Positions 11,833 through 21,864 of a stretch of 64,000 bases of DNA are shown in pieces. A program made the position numbers and the translations under genes. How positions within the stretch are numbered: position 1 is the stretch's first letter; each line of letters opens with the position of its first letter. This DNA comes from Candidatus Algichlamydia australiensis (GTDB taxonomy: Bacteria > Chlamydiota > Chlamydiia > Chlamydiales > JAJFMI01). The DNA lies in contig JAXCHI010000004.1 of NCBI GenBank assembly GCA_033977065.1, positions 32,001 through 96,000 of the forward strand, given 5' to 3'. A model generated the notes under the pieces. The model was not told the origin of the DNA. It saw only the letters and a program-made list of their open reading frames with translations, and searched no databases.

Positions 11833-13791
11833 TCAGAAGAAACGATATGAGGTGGGTTTTAAGAGCTCTTTTGGGATGTCGTGTAGAAAGCGTGAAGGCG
11901 TGCTGATTTCGACCTTGCCGAACCGCTCACGTTTTTGCGCCATGCTGATGATCAATCGCTCCTTCGCGCGCGTGATGGCAACGTAGAAAAGACGGCGCTC
12001 CTCATCTAAGCCGACCTCCTCCACACTCTTTTGGTGCGGGACCAAATGATCCTCAATTCCAATTAAAAAACAGATAGGATATTCCAAACCCTTCGCGCTA
12101 TGAAACGTCATCAAAGAGATATGGTCCCCCTGATTGCGGTTTTTTTTGCGCTTCGGTTGATTGAGAAGAGTCGAACTTAAAAAATCTGCAAGTGAAGGAT
12201 TCTCAACACCCTCCTCATACTCCTTAAGAATCTGCACACAACTCTCAATATTCTCCTTCTTGAAAGATTTCATCTTTTCACTCTTGACCTCATCGGTCAC
12301 AGCTTTTGTGTACCCAACTTTTTCAATCAAATTTTGTAAACCTGAATGAAGAGAAGAGAAATCAGCCCCGTTCAGTGCGAGCATAAAATTTTTAATGCCA
12401 ACAATGCCCTGCCTTGTTAACTCATTCGCAAGAGGGTGATTCCCTTGAGAGATATCGTTGAGAAGATCCCAAAGAGAAACTTTTTCTTTCCTCTGAAATT
12501 CCGTAAGAAGTGTCAACGTCTTACCGGAAATCCCGCGACGCGGAAAATTGATGATACGCAGAAGAGCTTCTGTGTCATTGTGATTCGCAACAACGCGCAG
12601 ATAAGCCATTAAATCTTTAATTTCAGAGCGCTCATAGAGCTCAGTGCCGCCGAAAATTTCATAAGGAATCCCGCGCACCCACTCATTGCCCTTTTTCCAC
12701 GCCTTCTGCATAAGTTTTTTTTCAAAACCTCGCGCCAAAGCATTGGAGCGATAGAGAATCGCAAAATCCTTCCACTTGTTGCCGCGCTCCTCACGAATAC
12801 GCAAAATGCGATCAAGCACAGCTTCCGCCTCATCATCAGCCGTAGGAGCGTGAAAAACCTCAATCGGACCGGAGTCGCTATTGCTTGTCCAAAGATTTTT
12901 TCCATGACGCTGCTTATTTTTCCCAATGACCGAATTGGCACTCTTCAAAATCGTCGGAGTAGAACGGTAATTTTGCTCAAGTTTGATGATTTGATCTGCC
13001 GGAAAATCGAGAATATACTCCACCTTGGCCCCGCGCCACCCATAAATCGACTGATCATCATCTCCAACAACAAACAAATTGCCATGCTTTTTGCAAAGCA
13101 GTTCTGCTAAGCGATTTTGAATCGGATTGGTATCTTGAAACTCATCAATTAAAATAAAAGGAAAACGGTCCTGGTATTTCTCTAGAACTCCAGGGAATTT
13201 TTCAAAAAGCTCAACCGTAAGCGTGAGCAGACTATCAAAGTCTACCGCATTATAAGCGCGCATGGAAGCCTCAAATTTAGCAAAAAGATCACTACTGAAC
13301 TTCTCATGCCAAGTTGAGCCTACCTCCATCTTAGAACCCATTTTTGCCTCGCGGATCCACTCCATAGTCGAACCTAAAGAGGGGAGATTCTTCTCCATAT
13401 CTAAAGATTCTTTTGCTAAGTGCGTAATCATGCGGCGAATATCGCCCTCATCGTAAAGACTGAAATTTTTTGTATACCCAAGCTTCTCAATCTCTTGGCG
13501 CAGAACTGCCATACAAAAACTATGAAACGTGCAGAGCGTAACCTGTTTTGCCAGATCTTTAGAGACACTTTTGGCGACGCGTTCCCGCATCTCGCCAGCA
13601 GCCTTATTCGTAAATGTTAAACCTAAAATTTGATTTGCTTTAGCTGCGCCAGACTTGATTAAATGGGCAATACGAGCTGTTAAAACACTCGTTTTACCAG
13701 AACCAGCACCCGCTAAAACTAAAATTCGGCCACGTACAGCCTGCACCGCTCTATTTTGCTGCTCGTTTAACGTGTTGGGCAAGGGTGTCAA
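11833..13791 (-). CDS. uvrD: UvrD/Rep/PcrA ATP-dependent DNA helicase
   Basis: LAGAGSGKT, IDEFQDTN, VGDDDQSIYGWRGA, LEQNYRS, TFHSAKGLE, EERRLFYVAITRA. Confidence 0.9.
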   Translation of the reverse strand: MTPLPNTLNEQQNRAVQAVRGRILVLAGAGSGKTSVLTARIAHLIKSGAAKANQILGLTFTNKAAGEMRERVAKSVSKDLAKQVTLCTFHSFCMAVLRQEIEKLGYTKNFSLYDEGDIRRMITHLAKESLDMEKNLPSLGSTMEWIREAKMGSKMEVGSTWHEKFSSDLFAKFEASMRAYNAVDFDSLLTLTVELFEKFPGVLEKYQDRFPFILIDEFQDTNPIQNRLAELLCKKHGNLFVVGDDDQSIYGWRGAKVEYILDFPADQIIKLEQNYRSTPTILKSANSVIGKNKQRHGKNLWTSNSDSGPIEVFHAPTADDEAEAVLDRILRIREERGNKWKDFAILYRSNALARGFEKKLMQKAWKKGNEWVRGIPYEIFGGTELYERSEIKDLMAYLRVVANHNDTEALLRIINFPRRGISGKTLTLLTEFQRKEKVSLWDLLNDISQGNHPLANELTRQGIVGIKNFMLALNGADFSSLHSGLQNLIEKVGYTKAVTDEVKSEKMKSFKKENIESCVQILKEYEEGVENPSLADFLSSTLLNQPKRKKNRNQGDHISLMTFHSAKGLEYPICFLIGIEDHLVPHQKSVEEVGLDEERRLFYVAITRAKERLIISMAQKRERFGKVEISTPSRFLHDIPKELLKPTSYRFF

Positions 13792-14095
13792 ATTCCTTTT
13801 TGATTAGAGCTAATGAGAGATCTACATTAGGAAACTTAGGTCGTATATTGACCTCTAAACCGGGAGGTAGATCTTGCTGTTTTTCGCGGAACGCCTCACG
13901 AACAAGACGCTTGAAGCGATTACGGAGGTTAGCTTTACCGAATTTACGACTAACAGTTAGACCAAGTTTTGGAAAATCAGAGGGACCGAGCCTGTAATGC
14001 AAAATAATTTTTTCACCAACAAACTTGTAACCTCTCTTATGAACGCGAGAGAAATCGCTGCTTTTGAGCAGGCGAAGAGACTTTGGAAACTTCAC
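13751..14095 (-). CDS. rnpA: Ribonuclease P protein component
   Basis: [33 protein letters not shown]; adjacent to rpmH. Confidence 0.95.
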   Translation of the reverse strand: MKFPKSLRLLKSSDFSRVHKRGYKFVGEKIILHYRLGPSDFPKLGLTVSRKFGKANLRNRFKRLVREAFREKQQDLPPGLEVNIRPKFPNVDLSLALIKKEFDTLAQHVKRAAK

Positions 14096-14226
14096 ACCGT
14101 CAGTTGCTTACGACCTGCGCGACGTCTGCGATTCAATAGCTTACGGCCATTTTTGGTTGACATACGGGCGCGGAAACCGTGTTTCTTAGCGCGCTTCTTC
14201 TTACTAGGCTGATAGGTACGTTTCAT
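14092..14226 (-). CDS. rpmH: 50S ribosomal protein L34
   Basis: Manual translation [44 protein letters not shown] (below the ORF-track cutoff). Confidence 0.97.
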   Translation of the reverse strand: MKRTYQPSKKKRAKKHGFRARMSTKNGRKLLNRRRRAGRKQLTV

Positions 14227-14254
14227 AACTAACTCTCTTGATATTTAAGTGACC

Positions 14255-14306
14255 ATCATACCCAAGAAGATCAATCATTGTCAAGAAAGAACCCGCCTGC
14301 TATGAT
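14255..14306. promoter_or_regulatory. Overlapping divergent sigma66/70-type promoters for rpmH and rpmJ
   Basis: Plus strand TTGTCA-17 nt-TATGAT (14278-14306). Minus strand TTGACA-18 nt-TATGAT (14284-14255). Confidence 0.55.
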
Positions 14307-14329
14307 GAGTACTTAAATAGGAAATTCTT

Positions 14330-14467
14330 ATGAAAGTTAAAGCATCCGTGAAAGCCGACCCATCTAAGGGGGACAAAGTAGTTCGCCGAAGAGGGCGCAT
14401 TTACATTATTAATAAAAAAGATCCTAATCGCAAACAGCGCCAAAAAGGCCCAGCAAGGAAGAAATAG
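14330..14467 (+). CDS. rpmJ: 50S ribosomal protein L36 (Cys-free form)
   Basis: Manual translation [45 protein letters not shown]. Confidence 0.96.
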   Translation: MKVKASVKADPSKGDKVVRRRGRIYIINKKDPNRKQRQKGPARKK

Positions 14468-14471
14468 AAAG

Positions 14472-14777
14472 ATGGCAAAAAAATCTTCAGTTGAAAAACA
14501 GAAACGACGTGAGCGCCTTAGCAACCTGAAGCGCGAGAAGCGTGCAGAATTAAAAAAAATTGTTAAAAGTCTAAATAGTACAGAAGAACAGCGTGAAAAT
14601 GCGATGATTGAGCTGAATAAGCTTCCACGCAATTCTTCACGAATTCGTCTACGCAACCGCTGCCAATTTACAGGCAGAGCGCGTGGCTACCTGCGTAAAT
14701 TCCAGCTTTCTCGCATTACTTTTCGTGAGATGGCGCGCAGTGGAATGTTACCAGGCGTCACCAAAGCTAGCTGGTAA
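14472..14777 (+). CDS. rpsN: 30S ribosomal protein S14
   Basis: MAKKS...[22 protein letters not shown]...LPGVTKASW. Confidence 0.98.
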   Translation: MAKKSSVEKQKRRERLSNLKREKRAELKKIVKSLNSTEEQRENAMIELNKLPRNSSRIRLRNRCQFTGRARGYLRKFQLSRITFREMARSGMLPGVTKASW

Positions 14778-15171
14778 CAATAAAAGTTTTCAATTCATCT
14801 GGAAGCTCTTTGAGGAGCTTCCAGTTTTCAAACCCTTCGCACCAGACGTGTGAATCATCTCTAAACAGTCCCTTAGCCTTGGCCTCTACAAAAGCATTGA
14901 AGCTCATTGGGCCTACCTGTAGACGATCTTTATCTAAGTAGTACCACATTTTTTGACAGAGTGGATGTTCAGGCAACTTTGTGATTGGGGCTACTTCTTT
15001 TTTTCCTCTTTTAGGGGCGCAGATGATAAAGGGGAGACCTAAAATACCAAAGAAAAAGCCGAACCAGAACCAGCGATTGGGATTGCGGCCCTTATATAAA
15101 GCGATTTTTTTATGCATGTGACCAAAGAAAAGAGCGCCACAAAATGAGAGTAACATCATAGAAGGATTCAT
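14767..15171 (-). CDS. Membrane protein with GYF_2/DUF4339-like domain
   Basis: [18 protein letters not shown] segment plus [20 protein letters not shown]. Confidence 0.75.
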   Translation of the reverse strand: MNPSMMLLSFCGALFFGHMHKKIALYKGRNPNRWFWFGFFFGILGLPFIICAPKRGKKEVAPITKLPEHPLCQKMWYYLDKDRLQVGPMSFNAFVEAKAKGLFRDDSHVWCEGFENWKLLKELPDELKTFIVTS

Positions 15172-15248
15172 GCTCTTATTATCTCAATTTGCCAAATTGA
15201 TGGGAAGGGAGTAAAATGAATTGGTAAAATCTTACTTGGAGGAAAGCT

Positions 15249-15707
15249 ATGACGGCTCTTTCTAGAACTAACACACCTATAATCTTTCCTGAAATTGACT
15301 TGAGACCTCAGTTGTCCATAGCAAAAACTGTTAGTTATCATGAACATGGAAAACATAATAAAGGAGCTACCCCTAGATCCGTCGAAATTTTAGTCAATAA
15401 CCTTGGGTCTGAAGCGCAGCGGCGCGCAGAAAGAACTTGGAGCTATTGTGCAGATTATGCCAGAGGAGGAGCTCAGACACCTTCATCGCTCCCACTTCAG
15501 GAACAACAGGGCCCAGAGGGAGAAAAAAATATTCGTGATAGGTTGAGGAATGGTAAAGCTGAGGAATATAAAGAAGTAACACCCGAGGCTTTAAAAAGAG
15601 CTTTAGACCACTCATCGTCTCTGGATTGGAGTGAGCTATCTGCTGAAACACAAGAATTTATTCAGAAACGCCTACCAAAACAACCAAAAGCAGCAGAGAG
15701 TGAGTAA
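15249..15707 (+). CDS. Hypothetical protein
   Basis: 152-aa ORF with a GGAGG RBS; no recognisable motif. Confidence 0.6.
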   Translation: MTALSRTNTPIIFPEIDLRPQLSIAKTVSYHEHGKHNKGATPRSVEILVNNLGSEAQRRAERTWSYCADYARGGAQTPSSLPLQEQQGPEGEKNIRDRLRNGKAEEYKEVTPEALKRALDHSSSLDWSELSAETQEFIQKRLPKQPKAAESE

Positions 15708-15749
15708 AAATCCTATTTCAGATATACTGCGTCATTAAGAGGTAAAGCT

Positions 15750-16199
15750 ATGAATGATAAATTTAAAGAAATCGATACCAAAGAGATCGAGCTGCCAGAC
15801 ACTATTTTTGCGCGCGATATCGATAATAATGTTTTTCAATCCATTGCAGCACGCTGCTTAGTAGATATTGAGGGTGTAGCCTTTGTTGAAGGGAACCTTC
15901 TTGATTCATTACTTGGACGTGAAGGGGAACGAGTAAAAGGGATCACAGTTAACCAAGATCAGAAAAGCCACTCAGTTAATATTCGCCTAGAAGTCAATGT
16001 TGCCTACGGCGTCTGCATTCCAGAGAAAGCAGATGAAATCCAATCGCTAATTGCAACTGAGATCACCAAGCTTACAGGTCTCCATGTAGGCTCCGTGCAC
16101 GTTGTATTTAAAAATCTTATACCTCTTGAGCCAGAGGTTAAAGAAGAAGCTCCTGAGGAGCCAGAAGCTGTTCTTGAAGATGAAGAAATAGAAGTCTAG
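15750..16199 (+). CDS. Asp23/Gls24 family envelope stress protein
   Basis: VKGITV..VNIRLEVNVAYGVCIPEKA..TGLHVGSVHV; syntenic position. Confidence 0.88.
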   Translation: MNDKFKEIDTKEIELPDTIFARDIDNNVFQSIAARCLVDIEGVAFVEGNLLDSLLGREGERVKGITVNQDQKSHSVNIRLEVNVAYGVCIPEKADEIQSLIATEITKLTGLHVGSVHVVFKNLIPLEPEVKEEAPEEPEAVLEDEEIEV

Positions 16200-16205
16200 G
16201 AAGAG

Positions 16206-16697
16206 ATGAGGCGCTCACATATTATTTTTTCATGCGTGCACTTGCTCTCATCGCTTCTTGCAATCATTGCGGGCGCGCTCTGCATAACCCTCCGCTTTTC
16301 TGACCATCTTCAAATACTGCTCACACGCCACAACTCCCTTCTGCTCAAGCTAGGTATTATTCTCATTGTGACGGGTTTTGCTCTTATCATGACCCTTTTC
16401 CTCCTTAATCGTCGACGCTATTACGAAGTAAAAATGGCAACTGGCAGAGCCTCCATCGATGAAAAGCTCCTGCGCAGTTTTCTTATTAAGTACTGGCAAG
16501 AGCGCTATCCTGAGCAAACACATCCTGATGTAATTGTGCGAGCAAAAAAACGTTTAGAAATCCTCGCCGAACTTCCCAAAATTGACGATCCAGATGAAAA
16601 GGAAGCCCTATTAAGAAATCTTGAAGAAGATTTAGGCGATAGACTCTTCCAAAATTTCTCCTATCAAGGAGAATTTTTCCTTACCATTTCATCCTAG
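16206..16697 (+). CDS. Hypothetical membrane protein (2 TM) following asp23
   Basis: Two hydrophobic N-terminal segments; GGAAGAG RBS. Confidence 0.7.
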   Translation: MRRSHIIFSCVHLLSSLLAIIAGALCITLRFSDHLQILLTRHNSLLLKLGIILIVTGFALIMTLFLLNRRRYYEVKMATGRASIDEKLLRSFLIKYWQERYPEQTHPDVIVRAKKRLEILAELPKIDDPDEKEALLRNLEEDLGDRLFQNFSYQGEFFLTISS

Positions 16698-16859
16698 ATA
16701 GCGTCGTCAAAAGCATACAACCATCTTATTTTTCATGTTTGGGCTCCATTTTTGTGCTCAAATGAAGCGGAATTTACAAATTCAACTTCAATTTCCGCAC
16801 AAAAATAAGCTGCAAACATGAAAAATAATCTGATTATAGCCTTTTGACGACACTATCTA
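16695..16859. mobile_element. Palindromic element family C (165 bp)
   Basis: TAGATAGCGTCGTCAAAAG / CTTTTGACGACACTATCTA inverted ends plus nested internal inverted arms. Confidence 0.8.
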
Positions 16860-16970
16860 AATCTAAAATTGTGAGAAGCCAATGGTGGATTATTTGCATG
16901 GTGTCGTCATCAACAAATTCTATTGGTTTTTTTCTTCCTCCCTGACTATCTCCTTCGCTGTTTTCCCCAA

Positions 16971-17086
16971 GGAGACACTGAATAAGTGCTTTACCGACAG
17001 GCTAAGCTGAAAATTCTAAAAAAGGTTATTTGGAGACCGTAAATAACTGGATACAGTTATTGGAGGTCGAAAATAATCTTTTCTAG
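16971..17086 (-). mobile_element. Truncated inverted copy of MITE family A
   Basis: Reverse complement aligns to the right two-thirds of 6391-6551 and 28973-29133. Confidence 0.8.
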
Positions 17087-17092
17087 TTTTTT

Positions 17093-18886
17093 TTAAGAAA
17101 TTTTTTCACGCAGGTTTTTCACGTCTTTTTTGGTGATGCCAGGAATAGCAAGAAGCTCTTCTTCAGTTGCATCAAGGATGCGTTTGACACTGCCAAAGTG
17201 TTGCAAGAGACGCTTTTTCTTTACAGAGCCAATTCCCTCAATGGAGTCAAGACGACTCTTGATCAAATTTTTATTACGTGTTTTCTTTTGATGAGTGATG
17301 GCGAAGCGGTGCGCTTCATCGCGCATCTCTTGAAGAAAAAAGAGGGTAGAAGAGCGCTTGTCGAGAACAATGGGATCTTTTTTGTGTGGCAGAAAGACGC
17401 GCTCTTGTGTGAGCCCTTTGGTGTGTAGGGCATCCTCTTTTGTCAGGGCGATGATGTCACACGAGGCGATTTCAAGCTCTTCAAAAACTTTTAGTCCAAC
17501 ATTGAGCTGGCCTTTGCCACCATCAAGGATGATCAGATCAGGTAGGTCGTCTTGGCTTTTCGCTTTGGTTAAACGACGAGTGAGCACTTCGTGCATGGCG
17601 GCGTAGTCATCGGTTGCACCGCGGATGTTAAAGAGGCGGTAGCGCTTTTTATCGGGAATCCCGTCTGTGTAGGCAACTTGGGAAGCGACGGCTTGTGTGC
17701 CTGCGATATTGGAGGTGTCAAAAATTTCAATCCGTACGGGACAGCGGGTCAGAGAGAGCTTTTCTTCAAGTTCTAGTAGACGATCTTCGCGATGGGTCTG
17801 ATCTGCTAGCTCGCGTGAAAATTGGTCTTTCGCATTTTTGGCAGCGAGCTCAATAAGTTTTTTCTTGTTCCCTTTTTGTGGAGCGTGAATTTTTGTATGG
17901 AGCAGCTCTTCTACCACGCTTTTTTCTTGTAGTGGCAGGGGAATGAGGAGCTCTTTAGGCAGATGGGGGTGATTTTGGTAGTGCTGGAGCAGAAATGAGG
18001 CGATGATCTCTTCCTCGTCCCCGACAACGCGCTTAAAAGGAAAATTTTCAGATCCAATCAGACGACCGTCGCGGTAGATCATGATCACAATTACCAAGAG
18101 ATCGACTTCACGAAAAAAACCGAGTACGTCGCAATCAGATAGCACACCTTGTACAGATGTGTTTTTTGATTGTGTGATGTGCAATACTTGTGCGATTGTC
18201 TTTTTTAAGCTTCCGGCCCGTTCAAATTCCAATTTGTCTGAGGCACTCTCCATCTCCTTTTTTAATAGCGCAAGGATCTCTTCGTCTCGCCCTTTTAAAA
18301 AGTCTTTTGCTTGAGTGACAAGATCGGCATAGGACTCTTCACTACACTTGCCAACACAGGGAGCAATGCAGCGCTTAATTCCATAGAGGAGGCAGGGACG
18401 CGTGCGAGATCTCAGCTCGTTATCGGAACATTGCCGCATGGGAAAGATTTTTTGCATGAGTTCAAGGGTCTGTCGTGCCGCGTAGGTACTGGTGTAAGGG
18501 CCGAAGTAGATCCCATCTCTTTTTGGCTTGCCGCGATAGCGTACGAGTTTGATCATGGGCCACTTGTGCTTGTGGTTGATCATCAGGCTAATAAAATTCT
18601 TATCATCTTTGAGCAGCACATTGTACTTTGGTTTGTGCTGTTTAATGAGGTTGTTTTCAAGAAGAAGTGCCTCTTTTTCACTGAGTGTAGAGATTGTTTC
18701 AATGTGGTCAATTTGTGCGATTAAAAAGGGGATCATTTCGCGCTCATCGCCAGAAGTTGCAAAGTATTGTTTCACTCTTGCGCGCAAGTTTTTTGCCTTC
18801 CCTACATAGAGAACTTTTTTCTTGGCATCACGCATCAGGTAGACCCCAGGGCCTCCCGGCAATTTGGTCAAATAGTGCTTTTCCAT
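17093..18886 (-). CDS. uvrC: Excinuclease ABC subunit C
   Basis: GIY-YIG domain (PGVYLM..LYVGKAKNLR), RIEIFDTSN, DGGKGQ, RDEAHRFA, HhH. Confidence 0.97.
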   Translation of the reverse strand: MEKHYLTKLPGGPGVYLMRDAKKKVLYVGKAKNLRARVKQYFATSGDEREMIPFLIAQIDHIETISTLSEKEALLLENNLIKQHKPKYNVLLKDDKNFISLMINHKHKWPMIKLVRYRGKPKRDGIYFGPYTSTYAARQTLELMQKIFPMRQCSDNELRSRTRPCLLYGIKRCIAPCVGKCSEESYADLVTQAKDFLKGRDEEILALLKKEMESASDKLEFERAGSLKKTIAQVLHITQSKNTSVQGVLSDCDVLGFFREVDLLVIVIMIYRDGRLIGSENFPFKRVVGDEEEIIASFLLQHYQNHPHLPKELLIPLPLQEKSVVEELLHTKIHAPQKGNKKKLIELAAKNAKDQFSRELADQTHREDRLLELEEKLSLTRCPVRIEIFDTSNIAGTQAVASQVAYTDGIPDKKRYRLFNIRGATDDYAAMHEVLTRRLTKAKSQDDLPDLIILDGGKGQLNVGLKVFEELEIASCDIIALTKEDALHTKGLTQERVFLPHKKDPIVLDKRSSTLFFLQEMRDEAHRFAITHQKKTRNKNLIKSRLDSIEGIGSVKKKRLLQHFGSVKRILDATEEELLAIPGITKKDVKNLREKIS

Positions 18887-21342
18887 TTTGAAAGAAGTTC
18901 AAGTGCCTGCAGGGGAGTGAGGCTGTTGGGATCCAATTTTTTTAACTCCAATTCGACAGCTGACTCGCGTTTATCAAAGAGCGAGGGCTGCTCTACTTTA
19001 GGAGATTTGGGCTTCTTGCCCTTTTCTAACTCAATGAGCATTTTTTCAGCGCGTCGCAACAGCTCATGAGGTAAGCCGGCAAGCTTTGCCACATGTATGC
19101 CGTAGCTACGATCACCACTTCCCGGCACAATTTTGTGGGTAAAGATAATACCATCAGGTCCCTCTTCCACAGCGACATTAAAGTTTTTAGCACCCGGCAG
19201 CTCAGTTAATTCAAAGTAGTGTGTGGCAAAAAGAGTTTTTGCACCAATTTTTTTCAGCAGATGTTCCGCTACAGACCAAGCAATAGAGACGCCATCATAC
19301 GTGCTGGTCCCGCGACCAATCTCATCTAAAATCACAAGTGAGCGATCTGTCGCATTGTGTAAAATTGTAGCGGTCTCTGCCATTTCGACCATAAAGGTCG
19401 ATTGGCCACGCATGAGGTCATCACTTGCACCAATGCGAGTAAAGAGACGATCAACAATGCCGATTTGTGCTTTCTCAGCAGGAACAAAACTGCCTGTCTG
19501 CGCCAAAATTGTCAGAAGAGCAACCTGGCGAATGTAGGTGGATTTGCCCGCCATATTAGGACCGGTTAACAAGATGAGCTGATGCTCTTTTTGATCTAGA
19601 CGGGTATGGTTTGGAATGAACTCGCCATCGCGCAAAACGCTCTCTACAACGGGATGCCGCCCATTTTTAATGATGATCTGCTTCTCTTCATCGACATAAG
19701 GGCGCACGTATCGCTTCTCTTTAGCATTTTGTGCAAAACTGCAGAGACAGTCGAGCTCTGCTACTTTTTGTGCCGCGGTCTGTACAAGCTCAGAGTAGTT
19801 TGCAATGGCACTCTTTAATTCAGAAAAATAGCGCAACTCAAGTGCACTAATACGCTCATCTGCTGCTAAAATTTTCTCCTCATAGCTCTTCAATTCAGGG
19901 GAGATGAAACGCTCGCAGTTAGTTAGCGTCTGCCTCTTGTGAAAGCTCTCTGGCATCTTCTCTGCTTGGCCTCGTGACACTTCGATAAAGTACCCAAAAG
20001 CGCGGTTGTAACCCACTTTTAAAGTTTTGATGCCAAAGGTCTCACGTAAATTTGTTTGATACTTTGTCAGCCACTCTTGGTTGCCTGAACGCAGAGCCTT
20101 GATCTCGTCAAGCTCCTTACAAAAGCCCTGTTTGATTATGTGGCCATCCGAGAGTTTTAATGGAGGTTCTGCGACAAGCGTAGAGGAGATCTGTTTAAAA
20201 ATGGGGCTGACATCAGCAAAATCCCACTCAATTGATTGCAACTTTTTCAGCTCTGTTTGCAACTTAGGAATAGCCTGCAAAGAGTTTGCAAGAGCCACCA
20301 AATCGCGTGGCCCTGCTATTCCTGCTGCAATGCGCGTCATCAATCTCTCTAAATCACGCACATAGGAGAGCTCTTGTTGCAGGGAAAAAAAGTAGGGTAG
20401 AAGCTCTTGCACGGTTTCCTGACGTCCACGAATTTCTTGAGCAGAGAGGAGCGGATGAGTAAGCCACTCGTACAAAAGCCGTGAACCCATAGCAGTCTTG
20501 GTAAAATCAATCGTTTTAAATAAGGAGCGCAGATCCAAATGATGAATGGCATTGCGGTCGAGCTGCATGTAGCGTGAAAGCGAGTCTCTGCGAATTGCGC
20601 GTACGTGGTTAAGGGAGAGATAGCGCTCTTCAGATAGGTGTGTGAGTAGGGCGCCCGCTGCCGCAATCGCAGTGCTCATTCCCTTCATACCAAAACCATC
20701 AAGTGTCTGCGTGCTAAAATGATTCAGAAGAGTCTCTTGTGCATGGCGCTCATCAAAGTGATAGTTTTCCTTTGTTTCAACTCGAACATTTTGCAAAGAG
20801 GAGAGTTTCTCGATGAGTTTTTCTGGAACCAAAATTTCTTTAGGTGATTTACGAGAGAGAAGAGCGAGTAGATCTTCTAAAGAGTTTAGCTCCATTACGC
20901 TCATCTCACCTGTGGAGTAATCGAGTAGAGCTAGGCCGAAATGATTTCCGACTTGCGTAACACAAGCAAAATAGGTATGCGCGCACTCTTGTAGAATTGC
21001 TTCTCCTGTCATAGTTGCAGGAGAGACAACGCGCACTACCTCACGTTTGACAAGACCCTTTGTTGCTTTTGCGTCCTCTACTTGTTCTGCAATGGCAACA
21101 AGGTGGCCTTTAGCAATCAATTTTTTTAAATAACCTTCCAATGTCTGAGCGGGGATACCTGCCATTGGAATTTCTTGTCGTTTGGTTAGTGTGAGTCCCA
21201 AATCCTCGGACAAAATTTTGGCATCATCATAAAACGCCTCATAGAAATCGCCCAAACGAAAGAGGACAAGAGCGCCCTTGGCCTTCGTTTTGCAGTTTTC
21301 CCACTGCAGCATCATGGGGGAAGTTTTGCCTACTGTAGCCAT
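18868..21342 (-). CDS. mutS: DNA mismatch repair protein MutS
   Basis: FRLGDFYEAF, TGPNMAGKSTY, STFMVEM, DEIGRGTST. Confidence 0.98.
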   Translation of the reverse strand: MATVGKTSPMMLQWENCKTKAKGALVLFRLGDFYEAFYDDAKILSEDLGLTLTKRQEIPMAGIPAQTLEGYLKKLIAKGHLVAIAEQVEDAKATKGLVKREVVRVVSPATMTGEAILQECAHTYFACVTQVGNHFGLALLDYSTGEMSVMELNSLEDLLALLSRKSPKEILVPEKLIEKLSSLQNVRVETKENYHFDERHAQETLLNHFSTQTLDGFGMKGMSTAIAAAGALLTHLSEERYLSLNHVRAIRRDSLSRYMQLDRNAIHHLDLRSLFKTIDFTKTAMGSRLLYEWLTHPLLSAQEIRGRQETVQELLPYFFSLQQELSYVRDLERLMTRIAAGIAGPRDLVALANSLQAIPKLQTELKKLQSIEWDFADVSPIFKQISSTLVAEPPLKLSDGHIIKQGFCKELDEIKALRSGNQEWLTKYQTNLRETFGIKTLKVGYNRAFGYFIEVSRGQAEKMPESFHKRQTLTNCERFISPELKSYEEKILAADERISALELRYFSELKSAIANYSELVQTAAQKVAELDCLCSFAQNAKEKRYVRPYVDEEKQIIIKNGRHPVVESVLRDGEFIPNHTRLDQKEHQLILLTGPNMAGKSTYIRQVALLTILAQTGSFVPAEKAQIGIVDRLFTRIGASDDLMRGQSTFMVEMAETATILHNATDRSLVILDEIGRGTSTYDGVSIAWSVAEHLLKKIGAKTLFATHYFELTELPGAKNFNVAVEEGPDGIIFTHKIVPGSGDRSYGIHVAKLAGLPHELLRRAEKMLIELEKGKKPKSPKVEQPSLFDKRESAVELELKKLDPNSLTPLQALELLSKWKSTI

Positions 21343-21788
21343 TGTAAAATCCGTTTTAACAGAGATGTGGATTCTTTTTCTTCCTCATTTTCCTTTTTGT
21401 TCATACCCAAAACTTCTTGCGCTTCAGAAATCCCTTTTGAAATTTGCAGAATGACCCCATCAAACCAGCGCCTTGCTTCCTCAACCTCATCTTGCATCGA
21501 TTCCAACTGCTCTAAAACTTGTTGGGGTGTTTTGCTTAACTTCCCCAGAGGAATTGGAGAGCCGTTTTCCATCTGCTTGTGGTTTTCAATCATCTGCCTC
21601 AGCTCAAAGACATCGATGAGCAGTGGCAAAAAAGAACTTTTAAAATCTTCACGCCTACCTCCTTTTGGAGAAGAGGGGATAATGCGTTTTTCGGTTTCGC
21701 TTTTCTTGTGCACACTCTTGTGCAGGGCGGTTCCCAGGGGTGAACGATCGAGTTTCGAATAGGTTTTTTTTTGAAATTGTGAATCCAT
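21330..21788 (-). CDS. Hypothetical protein
   Basis: 152-aa ORF overlapping the mutS start. Confidence 0.6.
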   Translation of the reverse strand: MDSQFQKKTYSKLDRSPLGTALHKSVHKKSETEKRIIPSSPKGGRREDFKSSFLPLLIDVFELRQMIENHKQMENGSPIPLGKLSKTPQQVLEQLESMQDEVEEARRWFDGVILQISKGISEAQEVLGMNKKENEEEKESTSLLKRILQWLQ

Positions 21789-21864
21789 TGTTAACCTATG
21801 ATAAACAAACAGCGTTAACGACTCAACCCTAGGTGAGAATCCATCAGATTTGTATACTTAGACT

